NCBI GenBank assembly: GCA_002503055.1
Contig: DAQX01000029.1
Coordinates: 2,674 to 66,673, forward strand
Length of the DNA: 64,000 bases
Source: Euryarchaeota archaeon UBA86
Lineage (GTDB): Archaea; Thermoplasmatota; Poseidoniia; Poseidoniales; Thalassarchaeaceae
Direction of reading: 5' to 3'
Part shown: positions 10,837-20,736 of the stretch, in pieces
Layout of the letters: each line of letters opens with the position of its first letter
How positions within the stretch are numbered: position 1 is the stretch's first letter
The notes under the pieces: model-generated
Database searches by the model: none
The model's input: the letters and a program-made list of their open reading frames with translations, nothing else
What the model was told of the DNA's origin: nothing
Program-made: the position numbers and the translations under genes

Positions 10837-12255
10837 ATGCACACACGCGAGCACCTGTACATAGATGGCAGTTGGGTTGAACCTACAGGCGAGGGGTCAA
10901 TCGAAGTCATCAATCCTGCTAATGAGGAAATCATCGGCTCAGTCCCGGTAGGTTCGGCCGCAGATGTCGAGGTGGCTGTTGCAGCGGCCAAAGCGGCCTT
11001 CTCCGAGTGGTCTAATACCTCGGTGGAAGACAGAGTTGTCTTCCTTAACTTGCTCTCACAGGCCATCAAGGAACATACCGAAGAGCTCACAGAACTGATT
11101 ACTTCAGAGGTTGGAACTCCAATCAATTACTGCCGAGGCGCAATGGTTGGCACTCCCAGAGTGGTTACTCGTTCGTACGCTAAGATTCTAGAGAACTACG
11201 AATGGGAAGAAGAGGTGAGAAACTCACTAATTGTCAAGGAGCCCATTGGCGTAGTTGCTATGATTACTCCTTGGAACTATCCTCTACACCAGATCATTGG
11301 CAAGGTCGCTCCGGCTATTGCGGCTGGCTGTACTATGGTCGTCAAGCCATCCAAGGAAGCGCCCCTGAACTCATTCGTACTCGCAGATATCATTCACGAG
11401 ATTGGTCTGCCTGCAGGCGTATTCAATCTAGTTTCAGGACACGGCAGAGAAATTGGTGAGGTATTGAGTAATCATCCCGATGTGGATATGGTAAGTTTCA
11501 CCGGCTCCACAGGAGCTGGAGTCAGAGTCAGCGAGTTGGCTGCTCCAAGTGTAAAGAGAGTAACATTGGAGCTCGGCGGCAAGAGTGCCAACATTATTCT
11601 CGATGATGCAGACATTGCAAAGGCAGCATCAGCATCGATTCACGCATGTTTTGGAAACTCCGGTCAGGAATGCTCTGCACTGACTAGATTATTAGTTCCC
11701 GAGTCGAAAAAGCAAGAAATAGTGGAAGTGATAACTGCGAAGATGGAGAAGTATTCTGTTGGTAATCCTATGGACGAATCAAAGCGCTGCGGACCGATGG
11801 TGTCCGGCAGACAGCAGGAGAGCGTTTCCTCATTCATTGCTGCTGGAATCGAAGAGGGAGCCACTTTGCTGGTTGGAGGATTGGGGATGCCTGATGGACT
11901 GGACAAGGGATATTTCGTTCGACCAACTGTGTTCTCAGATGTAACTCCGGAGATGACCATTTTCCGTGAGGAAATTTTCGGACCAGTACTCTCGATTACT
12001 ACATACTCTACAGAGGAGGAAGCCGTCGAGTTAGCCAATGATTCAGAGTATGGATTGTCTGGCGGAATTTGGTCAGGTGATGAAGAAAGAGCCCTGCGCG
12101 TGGCCAGACAAATGCGTACCGGACAAGTCAGTATCAACGGCGGACCATTCAACATCTCCGCTCCTTTTGGAGGCTACAAACTCTCAGGAAATGGTAGAGA
12201 GTTAGGAGTTCACGGCCTCGAAGAGTTCCTTGAAGTCAAGGCTATTCAGCGCTGA
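10837..12255 (+). CDS. NAD(P)-dependent aldehyde dehydrogenase
   Basis: ALDH motifs ELGGKSANII and FGNSGQECSALTRLLV, plus the catalytic-Cys context. The first ATG is at 10837; the ORF track starts at TTG 10798. Confidence 0.9.
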   Translation: MHTREHLYIDGSWVEPTGEGSIEVINPANEEIIGSVPVGSAADVEVAVAAAKAAFSEWSNTSVEDRVVFLNLLSQAIKEHTEELTELITSEVGTPINYCRGAMVGTPRVVTRSYAKILENYEWEEEVRNSLIVKEPIGVVAMITPWNYPLHQIIGKVAPAIAAGCTMVVKPSKEAPLNSFVLADIIHEIGLPAGVFNLVSGHGREIGEVLSNHPDVDMVSFTGSTGAGVRVSELAAPSVKRVTLELGGKSANIILDDADIAKAASASIHACFGNSGQECSALTRLLVPESKKQEIVEVITAKMEKYSVGNPMDESKRCGPMVSGRQQESVSSFIAAGIEEGATLLVGGLGMPDGLDKGYFVRPTVFSDVTPEMTIFREEIFGPVLSITTYSTEEEAVELANDSEYGLSGGIWSGDEERALRVARQMRTGQVSINGGPFNISAPFGGYKLSGNGRELGVHGLEEFLEVKAIQR

Positions 12256-12261
12256 GGTAAC

Positions 12262-12846
12262 ATGAGCCCCCATCGCCTGCTGATTATCACAGGTACCAGC
12301 GGGGTTGGCAAGTCAACTCTTTCAACTAGAGTTGCATCAAATCTTGATTTCTCTAAAATCGTCTCCACTGATACGATAAGAGAAACCCTGAGAACCAAAT
12401 TCGATCGAGATGAAATTCCAGCCCTGCATAGGTCCTCATTTGAGCCGGCCGGTTCGGGAGCCATAGAAGACTGGCATCAGACCGTAGCAGTACTATCGGA
12501 AGCTATCGGAGCAGTTGTAAAGCGAGCCGCCACTAAATCATCTGACCTTTTGCTTGAGGGAGTACACATTATTCCCAGCGAAGAAATAATTTCTGAATGG
12601 AGAAGTTCCGGCGGAGTATCCTGTGGCGTAGTTCTTCGGGTTGATGACGAGGAGACACATCAAAAATTCATCAGATTCAGAGAGAAGCACAATAGTAGAG
12701 GAGTGGCACACTATCTCGGCAATTTCGATCGAATACGAGAGATTCAGAATCGAATGATTATTGATGCAGAGAACTCCGACTGGTTAAGCATCGATACTAG
12801 TATCGAAGAGAACCCAATTAGTTTGATTGAAAACTCGTTCGACTAA
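12262..12846 (+). CDS. P-loop kinase, 2-phosphoglycerate-kinase-like
   Basis: Walker A GTSGVGKST is followed by STDTIRE, the pattern I associate with the archaeal 2PGK family. 194 aa. Confidence 0.55.
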   Translation: MSPHRLLIITGTSGVGKSTLSTRVASNLDFSKIVSTDTIRETLRTKFDRDEIPALHRSSFEPAGSGAIEDWHQTVAVLSEAIGAVVKRAATKSSDLLLEGVHIIPSEEIISEWRSSGGVSCGVVLRVDDEETHQKFIRFREKHNSRGVAHYLGNFDRIREIQNRMIIDAENSDWLSIDTSIEENPISLIENSFD

Positions 12847-12850
12847 TGGG

Positions 12851-12859
12851 AAAAAAAAA
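12851..12859 (-). terminator. Oligo-T tract (T9 on the minus strand) just after the enoyl-CoA hydratase stop
   Basis: A run of nine A on the plus strand sits in the 31-bp gap between convergent genes. Archaeal RNAP terminates at oligo-T. Confidence 0.45.
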
Positions 12860-12877
12860 TCTCACAAATTATAGGGA

Positions 12878-13714
12878 CTAACGCCCGACCCATTCTGCCT
12901 CACTGCGTTCAAGGAATGCCTGGACACCAATCTCCTTGTCTTCGGTATCGAAAAGAGCAACGAATTCCGAACGCTCTGCTAGTACGCCCTCCGTGAATGG
13001 TAGATCTAGAGATGCTCGGACTGCTCTCTTGGCAACCTTGACAGTATAGGGTGACTTTCTCGCGATAACTTCAGCCATCTGCATGGCCTCTGATTCCAAG
13101 TCCTCTGGTTCGACGACTTTGTTCACCAAGCCAAGACGCAGGGCATCTTCGGCTCCTACCATCTCCCCTGTTAGGGTCATCTCCATCGCCTTGCCGTAAC
13201 CTAACAATCTACACAGCCTTTGAGTTCCTCCACCGCCCGGAATTAGTCCGAGATTAATTTCGGGCTGACCAAATTTGGCACGACTTGATGCCACTCTGAT
13301 ATCACACGCAAGTGCTAACTCAGTACCTCCGCCTAAAGCAAAACCGTCAACCATTGCTATGGTTGGTTTTGATAGATTCCAGACTGCTTCCCAAGCATTG
13401 TTCGCAAAGAAATCACGAACATCGTCAGATGACTTACCAGCGAATTCAGAGATGTCTGCTCCGGCGGCAAAGGCCGCGGGCTTTGCTCTACCCCCATCTT
13501 CTACCGGATGCGGCGCAGCCCCTCTTATCATAACGGCTCTAATCGAGTCTTCCGCCTCCACTCTCGCACATTGCTCTTTGATAGACGCGTGCGATTCTTG
13601 ATTCAGCGCGTTGAGCTTATCAGGGCGATTCAATGTCCAGATACTAATCACACCGCCCGATGGACTACTACCTTCGACCGGGATATCTTCTACCAGCAGA
13701 ACTCTCTCTGTCAT
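12878..13714 (-). CDS. Enoyl-CoA hydratase/isomerase (crotonase family)
   Basis: Crotonase core FAAGADISEF...MVDGFALGGGTELALACDIRV. The start is trimmed to ATG 13714 so that it does not overlap the upstream gene. Confidence 0.85.
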   Translation of the reverse strand: MTERVLLVEDIPVEGSSPSGGVISIWTLNRPDKLNALNQESHASIKEQCARVEAEDSIRAVMIRGAAPHPVEDGGRAKPAAFAAGADISEFAGKSSDDVRDFFANNAWEAVWNLSKPTIAMVDGFALGGGTELALACDIRVASSRAKFGQPEINLGLIPGGGGTQRLCRLLGYGKAMEMTLTGEMVGAEDALRLGLVNKVVEPEDLESEAMQMAEVIARKSPYTVKVAKRAVRASLDLPFTEGVLAERSEFVALFDTEDKEIGVQAFLERSEAEWVGR

Positions 13715-13755
13715 GTTGCCTCCACAGAGCCTATTGGCTTGAACATTCAGGCTAC

Positions 13756-14661
13756 TCAACCTTCGTCAGGTTTCACTGGAGGGGGCATAGGGGGCATTCC
13801 CGGAGGGAGGGGCATAGGGGGCATTCCCGGAGGAGGGGGCATAGGAGAAATCTCGTCTACCATCTCTTCCTGATCCTTCTTGCGAATGTCTTCTCTGGGT
13901 TTTACTTCAAGAGGGATTCTGATTCGAAGAATCCTCTCCTCGTCTATTCTAACATACGACACTCCCTGTGGCTTGGTTGAGTCAGGAGATTCCGGTTCGT
14001 CGAGAACGGTCATTCCATGGTCGGGCTGCTTGAGTAACTCTGCCAGATCTTCTCCATCCTCAACTGCAGACCATATTCTAGCCTTAGCAGCCCTTCTCTC
14101 AGCCATCTGCATCCTGCGCTTTCTTTCGATACGTGATCTAATCTCGGCCCTCTTGGCCCTTCTTTGACCTACAAACTCCTCAACCTCGGCTTCAAAATCT
14201 CCTTGAGGATTAGATTCGGCCACATATCGAGCTGCTAGATTGTTATCATCATCAATAATGACAGGCATTGGTGCAGGCGGCGGTAAATCGCCTTCGGCTG
14301 CTACAGGAGTGGGCATGGGCATGGGTGGCAGAGTAGGTAGAGGCATCTCTGGCTGTGGAGACTTACCTCTGCTTCGCTTGATTTTCTCTTCCTTGCGCTG
14401 GCTGGCGGTTTCAACTTCAAGTACAGGCTCTGGTAGATCGATTTCTACCTTCGGCTCTTTCTTCACTTCAGGCTCTATGACTATCTTTGGAGGTTGAGGA
14501 ACAGGAGAGCGCCCTGAGAACATCAGAAGAGAAACCAATGCTAGAAGGACAATTCCTCCTGCAATTTGAGTTAACGGACTCATATCGCCCGACAATATGA
14601 GGAACAACAGACTCCCGAGAATAACCGCTATCCAAAGAATCAACCGAGTGAGCGATACCAT
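13756..14661 (-). CDS. Membrane protein with charged helical region and Pro/Met-rich C-terminal repeats
   Basis: Two N-terminal hydrophobic helices are followed by a K/E/R-rich segment. The C-terminus carries PMPPPPGMP-type repeats. Confidence 0.6.
   Translation of the reverse strand: MVSLTRLILWIAVILGSLLFLILSGDMSPLTQIAGGIVLLALVSLLMFSGRSPVPQPPKIVIEPEVKKEPKVEIDLPEPVLEVETASQRKEEKIKRSRGKSPQPEMPLPTLPPMPMPTPVAAEGDLPPPAPMPVIIDDDNNLAARYVAESNPQGDFEAEVEEFVGQRRAKRAEIRSRIERKRRMQMAERRAAKARIWSAVEDGEDLAELLKQPDHGMTVLDEPESPDSTKPQGVSYVRIDEERILRIRIPLEVKPREDIRKKDQEEMVDEISPMPPPPGMPPMPLPPGMPPMPPPVKPDEG
13784..13846. repeat. 27-bp in-frame tandem repeat (~2.3 copies)
   Basis: GGCATAGGGGGCATTCCCGGAGG recurs at 13784 and 13811, and partially at 13838. 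It encodes the 9-aa PPMP(L/P)PPGM units of the gene above. Confidence 0.8.
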
Positions 14662-14692
14662 GTTCCCGACCCGTACGAAGAGCCTTCTGCCT

Positions 14693-15286
14693 TCACCTTG
14701 ACGGGGACCTGAGAAGCTCTGCTAGACTATTCATTGCCTTTGCTCGGTGTGTGATTCCGGAGTATTTACCCTCTTCCCATTCTCCGAAGGTGCGCCCATC
14801 TCCCTCATTTGGGATGAATATTGGATCGTATCCAAATCCACCACTTCCTCTAATGGAATCAGCAATTTTTCCTCTGCAAACTCCCTCTGCGCTCCAAGTT
14901 GAAACACCGTCAGAGACCTTAGCTACTGCTCTGAACTCTGCCCCTCTAGGCATGCCCTCTCTGAGCATGGATAGTATGCCTTCGAGGCCAATTTGCCTCT
15001 CTACTTCTGCCGACTTGGCCCCTGGCCACTCATCAAAGGCATCGAGGAAGACACCCGAATCCTCCACCATTACAGCAACTCCCTCAATTCCTTCTTGTTC
15101 CAACAGGATTAGTGCTTGAACCATCTTTGAATTCGCTACAGCCTCAATCCCCAATTCTTTGGGCTCATCAAACTCAGGTGCGACTCCTCTAACTAACAAC
15201 TGCTCAACAGTGTGTCCCGAGTCGGCTAGTAATTTTCTGGTCTCGGAGACTTTGCCCTGATTGCTTGTAACGAACAGTATCCTCAT
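14693..15286 (-). CDS. Non-canonical purine NTP pyrophosphatase (Ham1/RdgB/ITPase)
   Basis: N-terminal ILFVTSNQGK and C-terminal GFGYDPIF...HRAKA motifs. Confidence 0.85.
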   Translation of the reverse strand: MRILFVTSNQGKVSETRKLLADSGHTVEQLLVRGVAPEFDEPKELGIEAVANSKMVQALILLEQEGIEGVAVMVEDSGVFLDAFDEWPGAKSAEVERQIGLEGILSMLREGMPRGAEFRAVAKVSDGVSTWSAEGVCRGKIADSIRGSGGFGYDPIFIPNEGDGRTFGEWEEGKYSGITHRAKAMNSLAELLRSPSR

Positions 15287-15293
15287 GCTGACC

Positions 15294-15944
15294 CTATCCG
15301 TGATATCTCACTCTTCCCCTTATCGTCTCAAATCTTGATACAACATTTGCAGCTTCGTCATTACCCGCATCCATGTATCCTCTCAACATCGCATCGACTG
15401 CTCCCCCTAGTTCGGAATGGCTAGCCGTCAAACACTCGTTGAGCACCTGTAGATCTAGTCCCATGTGCTCTAACTCAGGAGAGACCCTCGCCAAACCAAA
15501 ATCGATTAGCGAAAGGTTACCCATTTCGTCGATTAGGATATTATGGGTAGTCAAATCTCCATGAGAAATATCTTCCTCGTGCAATCTGCGAATTAATGCT
15601 CCAATATTCTCCATCACATCAATGCCGGCAGAACCGTCTGAGATCGCCTCATACAAAGGCCTCCCATCGATTCTTGAGATTAGAATCCAAGACTCCTCAA
15701 TATCGCAGTCGTATAATGATGGAGAGGAGAATCCAGACTGCTGCAATCTACCCAAGACTCTGACTTCTACTGATAGCCGACTGCGCGTCAATCTACGATC
15801 CAAGTCTGGATGCCTGTAACTCCTCGGCCTCCTCATCTTGAGGACCGCTGGCTTCCCCATCCATTTTCCCGCTGTGACAGTCGCTTCCGCACCCTCATGC
15901 AGAAGTTCGAGAGGCTCCCACATGCGTATCGCGGCTCCCGCCAT
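15294..15944 (-). CDS. bud32: Bud32/PRPK-type atypical kinase (KEOPS subunit), stand-alone
   Basis: GAEATV glycine-loop analogue, catalytic HGDLTTHNILI and IDFGLA motifs. ~216 aa. Confidence 0.8.
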   Translation of the reverse strand: MAGAAIRMWEPLELLHEGAEATVTAGKWMGKPAVLKMRRPRSYRHPDLDRRLTRSRLSVEVRVLGRLQQSGFSSPSLYDCDIEESWILISRIDGRPLYEAISDGSAGIDVMENIGALIRRLHEEDISHGDLTTHNILIDEMGNLSLIDFGLARVSPELEHMGLDLQVLNECLTASHSELGGAVDAMLRGYMDAGNDEAANVVSRFETIRGRVRYHG

Positions 15945-15997
15945 GCAGTTGCGACATTAGATGACTTCAAAGCGGTTGCACATGACGAAGTAACTGT

Positions 15998-17083
15998 ATG
16001 GCAATAGAATTGCCTCCACCACCTCTCCAGCGAGGTATCGTGAATCATTCATCATATTCCAAATTAGAAATAGAAAAGGAGGCAGAGAGACTTAGCACCA
16101 CCATCAAACAACCATTCAGGTGGAGTTTAGAGACCTGCAGATTAATAGCACCACTAACGCTTGAAATCAACCAACTAAAAAAGGAGAAAGATGTCATCCT
16201 AATTGCACACTCATATCAAACTCCAGACATCACTTATGGAGTGGCCGACGCTGTTTCTGACAGCTATGCCCTCTCTAAAGAGGCTAGAGATGCCTCTCAG
16301 AATACAATCCTTTTCTCCAGTGTAAGATTCATGGCCGAGACGGCCAAAATAGTCAGCCCTCACAAGACCGTACTACACCCTTCGCCGGAAGCAGGATGCT
16401 CACTAAGTGACTCAATTACTGCTCAAGATGTCAGAGACATTAGAGCAAAGTATCCAGGATTACCAGTGGTTTGCTACATCAATACCAGTGCGGAAGTTAA
16501 GGCCGAGTGCGACGCCTGCGTTACCAGCAGCAACTATCTGAGAATTTGTGAGAGGTTACCTGGAGATGGCCTAATTTTCGTACCTGATAGATTCATGGGC
16601 AAGCATCTGCAGAACCATCTAGCTGGCAAGAAGGAAGTAATCATCTTCGACGGAGAGTGCGAGGTTCATGCTGCATTTACTGGAGAAAAGATACGAAATT
16701 GGAGAAAGCGAGCGAGCGATGCAGGCATGGAACTACAGGTCCTCAGTCACCCGGAATGCGATACAGATGTATTGGATGAAAGTGACTTTGTAGGCAGCAG
16801 TGAGGTTCTGATGGAAGAAGCTCTAAGACTCGCTTCAGTCGGGAAGAAGGATATGATGCTAATTACCGAATGCGGCACTACTGATAGAATTCTTGCCGAG
16901 TCAAATGAGGATCTTAATTTGGTCGGGGCCTGTGTGATGTGCCGGCATATGAAGACGACACAACTCGAGGATATTCTACAGGCACTTCGTAATCCTAGAC
17001 CCAACCAAATCATCGAATTGGAAACATCAGTCATTGAGAAAGCCAGCAAATGTCTGGACGAGATGTTCCGACTCGCAGAATAA
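15998..17083 (+). CDS. nadA: Quinolinate synthase
   Basis: Matches the NadA pattern: IAHSYQTPDI..ADAVSDSYALS, RFMAETAKIVSP and PEAGCSLS. Confidence 0.9.
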   Translation: MAIELPPPPLQRGIVNHSSYSKLEIEKEAERLSTTIKQPFRWSLETCRLIAPLTLEINQLKKEKDVILIAHSYQTPDITYGVADAVSDSYALSKEARDASQNTILFSSVRFMAETAKIVSPHKTVLHPSPEAGCSLSDSITAQDVRDIRAKYPGLPVVCYINTSAEVKAECDACVTSSNYLRICERLPGDGLIFVPDRFMGKHLQNHLAGKKEVIIFDGECEVHAAFTGEKIRNWRKRASDAGMELQVLSHPECDTDVLDESDFVGSSEVLMEEALRLASVGKKDMMLITECGTTDRILAESNEDLNLVGACVMCRHMKTTQLEDILQALRNPRPNQIIELETSVIEKASKCLDEMFRLAE

Positions 17084-19150
17084 TTATCTTTCCGATGCGG
17101 CCTGATAAGCCCACAGAAATAGCAATGGAATCAACATTACAATAGCTGACTGTAGTATGACAGAGGAATATGGCTCGAAAGTCTCGCCCGAGTATACTTT
17201 CAGGACAGCCCCACCATCACTTTCGACCTCAATCCAAGCCACTTCTTCAAGTAGAACTTGAGGCTCCATCTGGTTGACATCATCATCACGAGTAATCGCT
17301 ATTGTCGAATTACTTTCTATCTCATGCAGGTATACATCATTTGTGCCGACAATATTGTCTGTTGGGTCCCAGAATGCTATTTGCAGGAAAGCAACCCTAT
17401 TGTCACCAATACTTGGGGAAGATGATTGCCATAGGGGATCAGACAACATCCTCTGTTCCCCTGTAAGAACATTGACCAGAACAGTTCGATTTACGGGACC
17501 AACATCGACTACCGCAACAAGCCATGATGATGACATATCGATGTCAATCACAGTAGCATTGGAGTAATTCACAGGGATTCCTGATATCTGCTCTAGATAC
17601 TCATCCTCGGCCACAGTAGCAGTAGCATTCAACTCAATTCCAATCTCAATTCCTCCAGAAATGGATGTGAGATTAACTGCGGGTGCAGTTTGTGATGCAC
17701 TTACCCAAGCCACTAGTGAACCAGATGCCTCTACTATGGAATAGGTACCATTTTGTTGCCCCAGTAGAGTGTTGTTATTTCCAACATCCACGAACTGTAT
17801 AGAAGACTCGTTCATAACGGCCAATACAACCATTCCAGCATCCTCTATGATTGCAACATCTGAGATTATACCAGTATTTTCCAGATTTAGAAGGGCTGAC
17901 GATTCAATTCGATTGTCCAAGTCGTAGAACTCTAGATTCTGCGAATCATACAACACCATGTATTGGCCCGAGACGATTACCGATGGAGAAGATGCCCACT
18001 CGCTGCTGACAATCTCTATTTCTTCCTGAGAAGTCACATTCCATTGAGTGATTTTGATTTCCGAAGTTATCGGATCTTCCTCGACAGATACTAACCATCC
18101 TTCCGAGCCGGCAGCAGCGGTTGGCCACTCGACTCCTTCCAGAGGAAAGTCCTGATGAGTAGCATCCCACAACAGTACTCCTCCTGTTGACATCACAACT
18201 GCTGCAATCATGATACTGGTTTGCTTTCTACTGGGCTCCCTTAGTGGCCTGAGATATTCTCTTGCACTAGCGGAGACTTGCTTAATCCATTTTTGAGGAT
18301 CGGAAATAGCCCTAGCTAGCCTACGGCCAAAGAGCCGTTCATCAGCAACCCTCCAAATCGAGTCACTTGTTCTTGAAGTGATTTCTACGGCGATAATAGC
18401 GACTACCATTCCTCCGATTATGTCCACTACCCAATGTATTCCTAGATACACTATACTGAGCGCAGTCAAGAGGATGAATCCCATCAGAAAGTTACGATAC
18501 CTATGCCATCGTCCGTCTCCATCCCAGCGTTGCATAGTCAGCCAGATTGCAAATGGCAAACCGATGTGTAGACTAGGCATCCCATTGGTGAATGGATCAA
18601 TTCTTGTGAACCAGTTGTTGATTTCAGGAGTCAGATCGTAGGCAATCGTCTGCATCTGTGGGATATGATTCCCAGTTACGCCGACATTAAAGAATAGATA
18701 GAATGGAATCGCTAGCACATATACCCAGAACATCGACAGAGAGATTCTGTCTGCCATATGCCTGTCATCGAAGTAAATCGGATACAGGAACGATGCGAAA
18801 GTAGCAGTCATGAATCCCATTACATAGAAGTGAGTCAGAACTTCATCCAGTAGAGGGCTTCTCAATGCTTCTTGTACCCAAAGTACGATATCACCCTCGA
18901 TTGCGTATACATAGGGAGTCATGTCCAGTTGAGTATTTGCCATCAGAGCACGATCCATCCCGTCTAGAATGTCCTTCCAAAGATAGACAGAGAAAACCAC
19001 AATCATATGCGCCCAGTAACGCCTGAACATATCGATGAAACCGTCAGCACTTAGCCTAGCATAGCTAGGTTTGAACAACGGCATCATGGCTATGCTGAGT
19101 ACAATCGCACCTGTTATCCAAGTGATGTAGATACCAGTTCCCGCAGCCAT
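17084..19150 (-). CDS. PAP2-like membrane phosphatase domain fused to an extracytoplasmic beta-propeller-like domain and C-terminal TM
   Basis: The N-terminal ~290 aa is polytopic, with PSLH...HWVVD PAP2-like motifs. The C-terminal ~370 aa has repeated strand patterns (VAWVSAS, LVAVVDVG, RVAFLQIA, VAWIEVE). One final TM. ATG at 19150. Confidence 0.65.
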   Translation of the reverse strand: MAAGTGIYITWITGAIVLSIAMMPLFKPSYARLSADGFIDMFRRYWAHMIVVFSVYLWKDILDGMDRALMANTQLDMTPYVYAIEGDIVLWVQEALRSPLLDEVLTHFYVMGFMTATFASFLYPIYFDDRHMADRISLSMFWVYVLAIPFYLFFNVGVTGNHIPQMQTIAYDLTPEINNWFTRIDPFTNGMPSLHIGLPFAIWLTMQRWDGDGRWHRYRNFLMGFILLTALSIVYLGIHWVVDIIGGMVVAIIAVEITSRTSDSIWRVADERLFGRRLARAISDPQKWIKQVSASAREYLRPLREPSRKQTSIMIAAVVMSTGGVLLWDATHQDFPLEGVEWPTAAAGSEGWLVSVEEDPITSEIKITQWNVTSQEEIEIVSSEWASSPSVIVSGQYMVLYDSQNLEFYDLDNRIESSALLNLENTGIISDVAIIEDAGMVVLAVMNESSIQFVDVGNNNTLLGQQNGTYSIVEASGSLVAWVSASQTAPAVNLTSISGGIEIGIELNATATVAEDEYLEQISGIPVNYSNATVIDIDMSSSWLVAVVDVGPVNRTVLVNVLTGEQRMLSDPLWQSSSPSIGDNRVAFLQIAFWDPTDNIVGTNDVYLHEIESNSTIAITRDDDVNQMEPQVLLEEVAWIEVESDGGAVLKVYSGETFEPYSSVILQSAIVMLIPLLFLWAYQAASER

Positions 19151-19211
19151 TCTCAATACCTCTCGAGCGGCAAATGCGCCATCAATTCGACCCTTCTATG
19201 GAGGTTGAGAG

Positions 19212-20225
19212 TCAAGTAATCCTCACAGATGAACCGGAACCCTCTCCTAGAGTTTCCAAAACATTCTCTACTATTCCATCGAAGGCCAATGCCGTATCTC
19301 CTTCAGGTTCAGCTACGATTCTGTGTACTCCATCATCACCGCCTCGCACGATCCCCGGGTCGAATGGAAGTGAGCCGAGGAATGGCACCCCTAGATCCTC
19401 CGCAGCATGGGCACCTCCTCCAGACTTGAATACATCTAGAGTCATCGACCAAGTACCATCGTCATCGGTACTAGCAGAGATTGGAACACCCCCGGGTCCT
19501 ATCACTGTGACCTCGTCCCCCGGGCTTGCTGTACCTCTTATTTTGTATCCACTCATGTTTTCAACTACTCCTAGAACAGGCACAGATAGAGTCTTGGCAA
19601 AACTGATTGATTTGCGACTATCTAGCAGAGCGACCTCTTGAGGAGTGGTCACAATTACCACGCCATCTATTCCTGGAAGATTTTGACTGACAGTTAGAGG
19701 CTCATCGCTAGTTCCAGGGGGAAAGTCGATGATTAGAGCATCCAACTCACCCCATGCAACATCGCCGATAAACTGCTGAATTGCTCCGAGTTTTATTGGA
19801 CCGCGCCAGATGACCGGCTTGTCAGGGTCCTCAAGCAGGAAAGCCATCGAGATGACCTTGACTCCGTGTGGTCCGATTGCAGGGAAAATCTGTCCCTCCT
19901 CCACATTCAGGTCAGACTCCTCTATTCCAAGCATCTTAGGGATATTTGGTCCGGTGATGTCGATGTCCATCAGCCCAACACTCATCCCTTTCCGAGCGAG
20001 CGAGAGTGCAAGGCCTGTAGCCACCGTTGACTTACCGACTCCGCCCTTGCCAGATAGAACCATGATCTTGTGCTTGATATCTTCATCCATCTTGGTTATT
20101 CGCAGTTTTCTCTGCATCTGCTGATATGCCTGCTCCATCTGTGCACGCTGCTCGGGAGAAGCATTCGGATCGGCCGGCACATCCACTTGCTCACCGGAAT
20201 GGTGGCTAATAGGTGAATCCGCCAT
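19212..20225 (-). CDS. Mrp/NBP35/ApbC-family P-loop ATPase (cysteine-free variant)
   Basis: Deviant Walker [11 protein letters not shown] and the ENMSG motif. The expected CxxC segment after ENMS is replaced by a ~40-aa insert. No Cys occurs anywhere in the 337-aa translation. Confidence 0.85.
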   Translation of the reverse strand: MADSPISHHSGEQVDVPADPNASPEQRAQMEQAYQQMQRKLRITKMDEDIKHKIMVLSGKGGVGKSTVATGLALSLARKGMSVGLMDIDITGPNIPKMLGIEESDLNVEEGQIFPAIGPHGVKVISMAFLLEDPDKPVIWRGPIKLGAIQQFIGDVAWGELDALIIDFPPGTSDEPLTVSQNLPGIDGVVIVTTPQEVALLDSRKSISFAKTLSVPVLGVVENMSGYKIRGTASPGDEVTVIGPGGVPISASTDDDGTWSMTLDVFKSGGGAHAAEDLGVPFLGSLPFDPGIVRGGDDGVHRIVAEPEGDTALAFDGIVENVLETLGEGSGSSVRIT

Positions 20226-20332
20226 GGCACTACGGCATGAGAGGGCTACTTCAATTCTGTTCAGCGAATCTTACTGAATATATGTTGAATATTGTGGATT
20301 GGTTCATTAGTCACCTAGCCTAGGCATTCTCG

Positions 20333-20692
20333 ATGCGGATACTATTCGTGTGTGTCGGGAATACTTGCCGCAGTCAGATGGCACAAGCTGCTGCCAGACA
20401 CATGGGGCACGAGGCAGAGTCTGCTGGAACTCATCCAGGTGGAGCTATTGCAGCTAATGCAATCAAGGTCACATCCGATTTGGGAATAGGAATGGAAGGC
20501 CAGTACCCAAAGTCTGTTGACGAAATAGAAACAACTGGGTATGACCGAATTATCAGCATGGGTTGTGGAGTAGAGTGCCCCGTGCTTCCTATTGATGAGG
20601 ATTGGGGGTTAGATGACCCGGTAGGCAGAGGGGAGGAAATCTACCGTTCGACTCTGAATGACATACTGAGCCGTATCGAAGCTCTTGCCTAG
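20333..20692 (+). CDS. Low-molecular-weight phosphotyrosine phosphatase / ArsC-type arsenate reductase family
   Basis: CX5R(S) P-loop: ILFVCVGNTCRSQMA. Confidence 0.8.
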   Translation: MRILFVCVGNTCRSQMAQAAARHMGHEAESAGTHPGGAIAANAIKVTSDLGIGMEGQYPKSVDEIETTGYDRIISMGCGVECPVLPIDEDWGLDDPVGRGEEIYRSTLNDILSRIEALA

Positions 20693-20736
20693 TGTACCGA
20701 CGCTTAGAAAAGCGATTCTTGTTTCCCCGATTTCAC

